DNA of 63,997 nt, counting the filler, from Stramenopiles sp. TOSAG23-3 (lineage: Eukaryota), in NCBI GenBank assembly GCA_900128585.1. It is 14 parts of 14 records of this genome, joined end to end, with 100 filler letters (N's around TTAATTAATTAA, not from the genome) between each part and the next. Parts side by side here need not be neighbours in the genome. Positions count along the whole stretch, not along the records: positions 41,463 to 45,963 come from LT643809.1; positions 46,064 to 50,564 come from LT643810.1; positions 50,665 to 55,164 come from LT643811.1; positions 55,265 to 59,763 come from LT643812.1; 10 more parts are not named here. The stretch is one strand, 5' to 3'. The notes below the pieces were generated by a model. That model had not been told where the DNA came from, made no database searches, and saw only the letters and a list, made by a program, of their open reading frames with translations. Both the position numbers and the translations under genes were made by a program. Of the stretch, positions 45,804 through 55,513 are shown one piece after another. The stretch's first letter is position 1, and the number at the start of each line of letters is the position of its first letter.

Positions 45804-46633
45804 AATAAAAATAAAAAATGCGTAGTACGTCGGCTGACTCATAAAATGCCGAGGCGATTCTCCGATTAGTGAAGCTGCGCACCCTTGCCAAATGAAAAAA
45901 TGCCCTCTTGCCAAGACTTCATTTTAATAAAATATATAGCCAATTTTCTTGTTTTTATAAATCNNNNNNNNNNNNNNNNNNNNNNNNNNNNNNNNNNNNN
46001 NNNNNNNTTAATTAATTAANNNNNNNNNNNNNNNNNNNNNNNNNNNNNNNNNNNNNNNNNNNNACAACTTTTATACTTATAAAGCGTTTCGGTGTTTCCT
46101 ATGACTGTGTTTTCGGCAAACGTTCGTTGTCAGCTCTCTATTGTTGTGAGCGAGCGAGTTTGAGTTTAAATAGTTGTGTGATTATATAACTAAAATGTTA
46201 AATGTTGGGATATTTGGTCAAGTGTTGAAAAATAAAAAAAAATGTTGTTGTGTGAATGTGGATGAAAACCAGAAACCATCCAAAAAAATCCTCCTACTCT
46301 CTCCCATCTAAAAAAAAGAAGACATACCTATTATTTCACAAATATTCTATACATCATTTGGAATGTATTATATTATCGATCTGGTTTTACTTTGGTCTAT
46401 ATCGTACTACGGTATAATAAAATAATAGTAGTATATAGTCCAGAGTGTGGTACACTTGCATTCATCATCAGCACAAGGCGCGCAAGTAAAAAGATAATAG
46501 TTGTGATTATTAGACTATTAGTGCCTCCAATTCCATAAAACGCATAATTAAACAAGTATTCAACAAAAGTATCACCAAAACAAAACTTCTAAAAAGAAAC
46601 AAAAAAAAGCATTCCCACAACAGCAACACAACA

Positions 46634-48997
46634 ATGGGAACGAATTTGACACAGAATGCCACAGAACCAGAGGAAATTTGCGAGCGTGGAGTTGAGGATT
46701 GTCAATGGGAGTTATTTGTGGAACGATTAGTTGATACAGAGTTTATTGGGGAAATATTCACTCAGTATATTAATTTAATTTTACTAGTTTATGTAGTAAT
46801 TGTTGTATATGCTGCCAGTCAATATTATTCAATCCCATATCATCTGTATGAGTGGCGTACTGCAAGCAAGAGAAAAACAATGCAGAAAGAAATGGTTGAA
46901 CTGAAGAAAGCTAGACGTGCTCGCCGTAATCTAAAACGGTTACAAAAGAATACGTCGTTACGTCTTAGACGAAGAAGAGAACGACCAAAGCGCTCTAAGG
47001 GAGGCGAGGAATATGTTTCTCTCGAACAGGACGAGGTTAAGGTAAGGGAAGACGACGAAAAACAACTTACTGTAACCGGAGACAATGTATTACTTGATGA
47101 AAATAACAAAGAGATATATCCACAATTTAAAGGTGTAAAGGAAGAATTGATTCAAGATGATAACAAAGCATTTGCCTTAAGCTATTCTGCATACGTGCTT
47201 TCTTTATTTATCGTTATGAGCGGTAGCCGAATTCCTAATGATCCAAATACCGACGATGAATTTGAAGTGTTAATAGATACATTTCTGTGGGGATTTTTTG
47301 GCGTTGCAATGTTAACAATCAACTGGTTGATACAAAGTAAAATTATGTTTCCTTCCGTTGATCATGTAAAAGAAACATTAAATGATAATTATTATGTTGC
47401 CATTGTAGAAAGTAGTTGTTTCATTGGAACTGCGTTGAATATTCGGGCAATACTAAGTGATTCACCCGCACGTAGCGCCGGAGAAGAAATTGGTGCAACA
47501 TTATTATTTTTCTCTTTAGGACAAATTTTAATGACGATCTTTGTAAAATGTTTTCTTAGAATAATACCGTACGATGAAAATGCAGAGGCAAAAAAAGGCA
47601 ACCCAGCTGCTGGCATCAGGATGGGTTCAAACATTGTTGCTTTAAGCTTTCTAGTGAGTAGCCCATTGAAAAAAACAGAGGAATTGGGGAGTTTGGTCAT
47701 GTATGTCCTTGGTTCATCTCTCTTTCTTCTTGGATTCACGACGTTATTAGATAAATTAATATTGCCAGGTGACACGAATGACGAAATTAGTAGAGATCAA
47801 AATTGGGGATTGGCATTTGTAAGTGGTGGTATAACCATGTCCGTTGCTGCCATGTTGGATACAATGCTGTTGGAACTACCATGCCCAGATACTGCTCAAT
47901 ATAGTCTTCTAGTTGAGACAATGGCAACAAAAGATACGTCGGATACTTCGTGTTATAAATGCACATTCAGGAGTCGATTACTAGCGAATGATTATTTGTG
48001 GACAATGTTTCACTGGTGGAACGTTGTGTATTTAATATTAATCGTGCTCTTTATGGTTTTGGCTCGATTTAATTTCGAGCTTAAATTCAATTTACTTTTC
48101 AAAGGGAAAAAAATTGAAGGATTAAAAAATCACAGAGAATGCCCAGGTACCCCGCATTTCCGAGAATACGACTATACGTTTGAAAAAGCTCTATCAGAAG
48201 ACGAGAATAAAGCACTGAGTATTTCTTTTGCGGGGTATATGGTTGGTACGGGTTTAATAACGTGGAGCTCGTTTTCAGATCTAAACCCATATGATGCAGG
48301 AATGAATATATTATATGTTATTTTGTGGCAAGTTTTCGGCGTTATCTTTTTAGAAACCGCGCGGGTAGCAAATGATAAAATTGCGTTGCACGAACTGAAT
48401 AACCGCGAAGAAATTATATTAAGAAGAAACATAGCCGTGGGGATCAGTGAATTTGGTGGATATGTTGGTGCCGGACAAATTGTGATGGGTGCAACTAGTG
48501 GGACGATGTCTTCATTTGGTGTTGATGTTGCTTGTGCCGTTTTATTCTTTGTCTTTGGCCACATCGGTTTTTTAATTCTTGATTACATTATGGTTACAAT
48601 TGACGATTTCGATTTCAATCATGAAATAAAAAAAGGAAATATAGCTATTGGGGTGTATTATGCATTGAATCATATTACCTTGGGCCAATTAATCGCAACT
48701 TGTATAACGAGAACAGACTCACTTTTAGCTTTCGTTTCATGGGTTGCATTTGGTGCATTGACAATAATTATTTTGCATATCGTCGTACAGAAAGTGTTAG
48801 TGCCAGGATTGAATATAAAAGAGGAAATTTTGGAACAACAAAATTGGGGCGCAGCTATGGTGTATGGTATGATACCATTAAGCGTCACTATATTCATTAA
48901 CACCTTTCTACCTTTCACATGTGAAAACGCTGTCTGGTATGAAGCTTCAGATTTCTATACATCAGCGAATTTTGATTTCGAATCTTGGGATGATTGA
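46634..48997 (+). CDS. Polytopic membrane protein with about 8 DUF350-like repeats in two duplicated halves
   Basis: Recurrent EE(I)..D/GN.A/W..... units between TM pairs: DDNKAFALSYSAY, NDNYYVAIVESS, KGNPAAGI, DQNWGLAF; then DENKALSISFAGY, RNIAVGISEFG, KGNIAIGV, QQNWGAAM. Confidence 0.75.
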   Translation: MGTNLTQNATEPEEICERGVEDCQWELFVERLVDTEFIGEIFTQYINLILLVYVVIVVYAASQYYSIPYHLYEWRTASKRKTMQKEMVELKKARRARRNLKRLQKNTSLRLRRRRERPKRSKGGEEYVSLEQDEVKVREDDEKQLTVTGDNVLLDENNKEIYPQFKGVKEELIQDDNKAFALSYSAYVLSLFIVMSGSRIPNDPNTDDEFEVLIDTFLWGFFGVAMLTINWLIQSKIMFPSVDHVKETLNDNYYVAIVESSCFIGTALNIRAILSDSPARSAGEEIGATLLFFSLGQILMTIFVKCFLRIIPYDENAEAKKGNPAAGIRMGSNIVALSFLVSSPLKKTEELGSLVMYVLGSSLFLLGFTTLLDKLILPGDTNDEISRDQNWGLAFVSGGITMSVAAMLDTMLLELPCPDTAQYSLLVETMATKDTSDTSCYKCTFRSRLLANDYLWTMFHWWNVVYLILIVLFMVLARFNFELKFNLLFKGKKIEGLKNHRECPGTPHFREYDYTFEKALSEDENKALSISFAGYMVGTGLITWSSFSDLNPYDAGMNILYVILWQVFGVIFLETARVANDKIALHELNNREEIILRRNIAVGISEFGGYVGAGQIVMGATSGTMSSFGVDVACAVLFFVFGHIGFLILDYIMVTIDDFDFNHEIKKGNIAIGVYYALNHITLGQLIATCITRTDSLLAFVSWVAFGALTIIILHIVVQKVLVPGLNIKEEILEQQNWGAAMVYGMIPLSVTIFINTFLPFTCENAVWYEASDFYTSANFDFESWDD

Positions 48998-49271
48998 ATA
49001 CGTTGAAATGTCAAGCCACAAAACTGATACTCGTACCTAACTCGCGAGGTTTATTACAAATATGATAAACATGGACTGCCGAGGTTTGTGCGTAGACATC
49101 TCGTGCATCCAAAGGTATTTGCAAAACTGGTGGGGGAGACAACAGATAATTAGCGTTTTGATGGCGATGGCTGCTGATGTTCGCCAAATCGTTTAATGTA
49201 TTTTTATTGCATGTGAGGTTTTTGTAGCAGGTTTGTGGGTAGAGAGTGTTTTATATAATTTATGTTAGATA

Positions 49272-49572
49272 TAGTAGTTTTACAACTTTTGTAGTCTTAT
49301 TCTCGTTTTTTTACCCTGCACCGGTAGTGCAGTTGGTCGTTTAATTATAACGTACTATATAATTTATTTTTGGTGTTATGGTTTATTAATCTCTTACTTT
49401 TGTTTTTTTATGATTTACCCGCACTGGCGATGCACCCCCTTCTCCTTGAGTCGTGGAACGTAGGCGCTGTAGTAGTTTTATCATTCTCTTACTTTTTATT
49501 TTAGGGTTTACCCGCACTGGCAGTGTACCCCGTCTCTTATAAGTAGGTGGACCACAGGTGGGCTATTGTTTT
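49272..49572. repeat. Three degenerate ~95-100 bp units, each with TTTACCC(T)GCACYGG
   Basis: Motif near 49310, 49414 and 49507; shared TCTCTTACTTTT and TAGTAGTTTTA. Confidence 0.7.
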
Positions 49573-49633
49573 TGATGGCCTTGTGATCGATGACAATGCC
49601 TCGTGAAACTTTCAAACAATGCTATTGATCCCA

Positions 49634-49873
49634 AGGGATATTAGGGATTCTCAAGGGACTTTGAGGGAGTCGGTGTAGCACATCCACAGCATGCCTTAGG
49701 GAGTCCAGGGACTCTAGGGTTGGATTATTGAAGAAGAGAAAAAAGAAGTATCTTGAAAATTTTATCTTCATAAATAAAAATATTGCCTCCCTAGACTCCC
49801 TAGACTCCCTGACCCATACTATCTCTATGCTAAAACAATCCTTACAAATCCCTGAATTTTCCCTAGACTCCCT
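49634..49873. repeat. Mirror-symmetric AGGG/CCCT iteron-like array around an AT-rich core
   Basis: AGGG at 49634, 49643, 49654, 49664, 49698, 49707, 49716; CCCT at 49789, 49798, 49807, about 49850, 49861, 49870. Confidence 0.8.
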
Positions 49874-50405
49874 GAATAGACAAAGGATCGTTTAAAATTG
49901 CTTCTACATTTCCATTCTCTTTCAGTTCATTCAACATAGATAGTATGTTGAACCGCCATGCTGGGTATCCATTTGACTTCCGTAGATTTTCCATGCAGGA
50001 CAAACCCATGTTGACAATGGCTACATTAAAATTCGATTTTTGCTTTGCATGTAACCCATCCTTATGCATTCTTCCCACGTAATATTCATACAGTGCATTT
50101 TTATCAATGGTAATGGTTTGATTGACATTGTAACCGCCTGATTCCAAACGAGGCATCCATGGTAGTTTAAATCCTTTCTTCAAATTTAGAGGTACGTGAC
50201 CTACCTCTTGTAACCGGTGGCAAAAAGTGGCGAGAAACTTAGAGACAATGCATTGATTTTGTCCGATCCACTCGTAATAACGAGGAGTTAATACCTTTTT
50301 TCGTTCTAATTTGAAATCGTATCCGGAAACATCAATTGTGTTCAAGTAATCGTACAAAGCAGCTATGGCCTGTGGTTTTGACATATGTTTCACCATATTG
50401 TCCAT
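49863..50405 (-). pseudogene. C-terminal fragment resembling viral/Polinton-like D5-type primase-helicase tails
   Basis: ALYDYLNTIDVSGYDF..ER...TPRYYE......IVSKFL followed by a winged-helix-like LYEYY...KSNF; no P-loop present; AT-richer than host housekeeping genes. Confidence 0.5.
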
Positions 50406-50664
50406 ATAGTAGAAATTAGACGAAAATTCGATGTTTGGTATTATTATCCGTGACAGATGGACACTGACAAAATCCGAAAAAGCACAGTTTAAAAGAAATG
50501 AAAGTATTTTAACACAACGGGAGCATAGCTATAACCGGCATTAATGTATTGCAAGTTACATTAANNNNNNNNNNNNNNNNNNNNNNNNNNNNNNNNNNNN
50601 NNNNNNNNTTAATTAATTAANNNNNNNNNNNNNNNNNNNNNNNNNNNNNNNNNNNNNNNNNNNN

Positions 50665-53021
50665 GTCGTGATTGTATACGTTCCGTCTTTGAACGTTACA
50701 TTTTCGATTGGCACATTAAACCCAAGGACATCACACAACCAGTTCCATTGCGTTTGGTCTATCATCTTTCTCTGTTTGGCTAACCTTTGCACTTCTGTTG
50801 TCTTCACTTTCTTCCATGCTGCAAACGTTTGGGCCCATTGCGAACCACCAAGCTGTACTTTAATCACTGCCTGGCCCTTGAATTCAATGGTATACCGTTC
50901 GAGAACCGTGAAACCGTTTTCTTCAGTCACCTTGGTGTCTGACCGTTCCGTTCCTGATTGCAACGATGCTGACAATTTTACAATACCGAGCGCACCAACA
51001 TGGTTACCAACACCTTTGGCATTCCGAAGAACCATCTGACCGTTCTTGTCACGGTAATAAACATTTTCTTTCTCGTAATGGGAACCAGCAGTTATATTCT
51101 TATAGGTTAAGTCAACGTTGATGGACTTAGAATTCCCTGCTTGAGTTTGTTGGCCATTGAATCTGCCCCTTGTTGTACTGGTACGCTCACGAGAAACTTG
51201 GACTCCAACAGTCGCATTACCGTTGATGGACTTAGAATTCCCTGCTTGGGTTTGTTGGCCGTTGAATCTGCCACGAGAAACTTGGACTCCACGTTTGAGA
51301 CCTTCGTTGATCGCTGCCAAACCGAAGCATTGCATTGCTTCTTTTGGGTGACCATCTACCCAATTTTTCACGCCCGCAACTACGTTAGCGGAACTGGCAC
51401 TACCCATGCCTGTTGCTTTCTGGACTAAGCCTCCTAATTTTGCCGTAACATAAGATTTGGCCGCGTTCTTGACCACTACGTTTAGGTTCGTCTTGCCTTT
51501 ATGTGTAACATTGTCGACAAATGAAATTGCAAGCATCTGTGCAAATTCTAACGATTCATTAATTGCAAATTCTAACAATTCATTAATTGCGGGACTCTGT
51601 GCTAATTCTGGATCGAGATCAACACCCTCGATATTGTGACGTTCCCCGCCCCCATTATCACGCAGAAGTTGGCCCGCACGTATAATTTCGTCGAAAGCAT
51701 TCCCAATGATTGCAAGAAGACGAACATCCCGGGCAGCATCGGTTGGATTATACTCGTTCTCGGCAGCTTGGCGAGGGGGCACACTCGTTCTGCCCGGTGA
51801 AGGGGGTGCTCCCATTGCTTTCTTCGCTGTTGCTCCTGGCGGCGGAGGCGGCCCACTCGTTCTTCCCGGTGGAGGGGGTGCTCCCCTTGCCCTCTTCGCT
51901 GCTGCTCCTGGCGGCGGGGGCGGCCCACTCGTTCTTCCGCCTACACTGTGAGGGTGTGGTGGGGGCTGACCTTCATCCATACGTGATTCTACGTTTCCAA
52001 TAGCAGGGTAAGCACCGGCATCGTTGACGACGTCGTACTGCGACCCGAGAAAATTGTCCTTGGCATGTACAAGAAATGAACCCACATTTTGCAGTGCGTC
52101 CTGGACAAATGGGACGGAAGCGTCGAATCCTGCTTGGGCAAGTGAACCGGATCCCGCCCCCAAAACCCAGCATCGTCTACCACCAGTCCCGTCGGTATAG
52201 ATTAAGCAAAAGGCAGTGACACCAACCTGGGTTGCAGAGTTGAGCGCAGATCCTATCATCTCAGAAAGTTCCATGCTCTTGAAATCATCCTTGAAATGAT
52301 AAACCGCAGTAGCAAAATTTGCGTGCGCTCCGGTGAGCCGGGTCATTGCCTTGTGCCCAAGGAGCCGGATCGTTGCCTTTGGCCTCGGGAGCCAGGTCGA
52401 TTTTGCTTTTGGGAGACTTTGGAAAACGGTTAGTCTTCCGTTTGTCTGCTTCTTCCAATTATTTCCGTGGGTTTCTAGGTAAATCCGCTCCATTATGCGC
52501 CTGGAAAAGTCTTCACCTTTACGTCGTACGAGCTCTTCCTTGAACATTTGGATTGTCTTTGGGTCAAACTTGGATAGAGATTTTCCCACTTCCTTTAATG
52601 CTTGTTGTCGCGCCCGTATCATATCGTCGCGTAAAAATAGTCTTCCGTTTGTCTGCTTCCTCCAATTATTTCCGTGGGCTTCTAGGTGTTTCTTTGGAGT
52701 TAGAAACCTGATATTCCTCGCATCTCCCGCCTTTTCGGGGTTTTTGGCTTTGCTGTTGGTGTGATGTCCATGAAAAGTTCCTTTCACTTCACTGAATTTT
52801 CCCTCACGAAGCTTTTCCAGCTGCGACGTGGACCAATGCCTCGTTCCAGAGTCAGTTTCTCTAACTAGCTTACTTTCGGCTTCCCACGCACGGCGTATTC
52901 CTGTTGTAGCGACGCCTCTCTTATATGTGTGAATCTTCTCGGGTCGCGCTGTGATAGGCCTTTCTGCATCGACGATTTGCTGGACCAAACGTCTTGCAAT
53001 ATTTTGTCTTGCGTCAGTCAT
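50665..53021 (-). CDS. Large protein with N-terminal Tox-GHH (HNH/EndoVII) nuclease domain, Pro-rich repeats and beta-rich C-terminal part; 3' truncated
   Basis: IRRAWEAESKLVRE..SGTRHWS..QLEKL...FHGHHTNS...PEKAGDARNIRFLT.KKHLEAHGNNWRKQTNG; first ATG at 53021. Confidence 0.8.
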
Positions 53022-53960
53022 ATTATTATTGGTTTTGTATGTTGTAATGTTTTTGAATAGTTTTGGTTCGACAATTTTCGCTTTGTCTTCATTTCTATGA
53101 GTCGTTTCTTTAGTTTTAGCGAAAGACAAAGTAGACGAAAACTAGGTGTCCGTGTGTGCGAAGCGTCAAGGGTTAATACAATTACACCACAAGAATGTTT
53201 TTCCTTCTCTTCTCTTCTTCCATTCATCATCATCATCATCTTCTTTTTCTATACTATTCTCCTGTTGTTGTACTAGGGATTCAATAAATAAATTATTTCT
53301 GCCCGCCCATTATTATCTTATTAAGGCATTTTTAATCGACTAAGAATCTCAATTTATCCCCCTCCTCCACTTTATATTATAGGATTTATTTTATAGAAAC
53401 GCTCCTCATTTTATCCTTAATAATGTTGTCAGGTGACAAAATTCTACTACTTTGAATTCTTTGTTGTATCCCTGTAATAAACGTTTGTGCTGGCTCTGTT
53501 CACAAGCCGAATAATAATAGACTAGTCTAGTAATATCCGAGGCCCAATTGTTGAGCGCATTATATTACTGTAAGGCATTGTAATAGACTAAGAAATTACT
53601 ATTTCTTCCACCAACTACCTCCTCCTACCTACCCCCCCCACTTTAATTTAATAATATATACAATTTTTACAATACCTTCCTCATTTTTACATTGTTTCCT
53701 TAATAATTTTGTCATGTGACAAAATTCTTTTTCTACTATTTCCCTGTAAAAGGTAAAAGCCTTACAATTCATTTCTACATTTTTTTAGTAATGCTGTTTT
53801 GCTGCAAATAAATTAATCATCTTCGCTGTTTTAGTGTTGTTATTATTAGACTATAATAATTATTTTAGCAAAACGACGACGACGACGGACAACAAGAAGT
53901 GTGGTGCGTGGAAATCTACAAGTTCGAAGTATAACTAAAAACAACAAATACGAGGACGAA

Positions 53961-55164
53961 ATGGTAAACAGAAAAGTATTGTAGTATTAGCGAATCGAGT
54001 TCTAATAGCCACGCGCTTTAAAGAATAACTGCCGCTCCTTATAATAAAAACAGAATACTCTGATTCTTCGACGACTCATTCAAACGATTGCTTCTGCGAC
54101 TTGTTCGATGGCCAAGACACATGAGTACTTGACTGAGGTCTCGGCCGCAATTAATAGGGTTTGTCCTACCGAGACGTACCGGTATGTTGAAATAAAAGGC
54201 GCTTTTGATGATAAAAAGAAATTTGGCCAACATGTTAAGAGCTTGAAAAAGCATTTCAACGAGCGTTATACAACACTTAAAATATGGTATGAAAAGATTG
54301 TCAACGATTATATCAAAAATATGGAAGAAAACAAAAAAAAGAAAATAATAAAGCCGGAATATAATCCGAGCGAAGCACAAGGACCCAAACCAAAGAAACT
54401 TAAGGCCGCGTTTCAAGCCTTAAAAAAAGCTGAAGGAATTACACCCGAAAACGCAAAAGTTTGTATGGTATTGCCGGTAAATCCACACATACCAGATGAA
54501 AACGGGTACCAAGCTCGACAACCTTTCGGTGGGTTTGTTGTACTAACCGGGAAGGAATGCAAAGAAGAATCACTGAGTGAAAAGGAGGATTTTTTCTTTC
54601 TTCCACTGGGCGAATCTACACTCAAAGAAGAAGAGTACAAATTTGTCTCGGTAAAAGAGTTATTGGGTACATTCACTGGAAACTTTGTGAACTCTAACCA
54701 TATTCGTCTAGCCGAGAACAACCGGGGCACGAAAAAGATAAAACAAGCGGTGAAGATCTTTCTTGACAGAAATCTTGTAAAGATATGGCGAGACAATATC
54801 ACAGAGACTATCAGAGAAGATTTTCGGGTTTCTGTGGATATAGGCCAACTTCCAGACCCAAAGTGTAGCATTTGCATTTTTTGCGGAAAAACTTACGCCG
54901 ATAAAAAAGGGGGAAATGAAGTTTCTCAGGCTTTAAAGACCCACGTGGCAAAGCACTGTGGTCTTTCCCTTCATGGAAAACTACCATTTCGAACTTCAGG
55001 AAACACTCAAATCGACTCAAGTCGAAATAAGCAACGTATGATCTTCAATTCAATAGCTGCGATTGCTCCTGCTGTTGGTGAAAATAAAGCGGCGAGGCAA
55101 GACACGGTCGCACCAAAAACTCCACTCCATGTAACAGAAACGTTACCAAATCAAAAGCCGTGTG
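53961..55164 (+). CDS. Orphan protein with a C2H2-like motif; predicted ATG exon plus 90-nt intron 53964-54053; 3' truncated
   Basis: ATG|GTAAAC...AACAG| joins in frame with ORF 54108; CIFCGKTY...LKTHVAKHC. Confidence 0.65.
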
Positions 55165-55513
55165 NNNNNNNNNNNNNNNNNNNNNNNNNNNNNNNNNNNN
55201 NNNNNNNNTTAATTAATTAANNNNNNNNNNNNNNNNNNNNNNNNNNNNNNNNNNNNNNNNNNNNAGTGGGGAGGATATTACATTGAGTAAGAATTTGTTT
55301 TACTCAAATAAAAATATACTGAAGGCAAATGCCGTGCAAAGAGAACCTAGTGTGTGTTTTCTGGTAGTTTATTTTGAACGTGCGCACAATCTTGTTACTT
55401 TAAAGGTGACAGCGAAAGGTAGAACCGGTGCCGTCGTAGGAGAGCTTTACCGCGGTTTTCGTGTGTACAGCCAAGAACCTAAAGTAAGACCTCAGCCGAC
55501 GAAGAAAAGAAAA

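Noticed and set aside
49634-49720. TTAGGG-like telomeric repeats
   Set aside because: Only isolated TAGGG/AGGG boxes at 9-11 nt spacing, internal and mirrored; not a telomere tract
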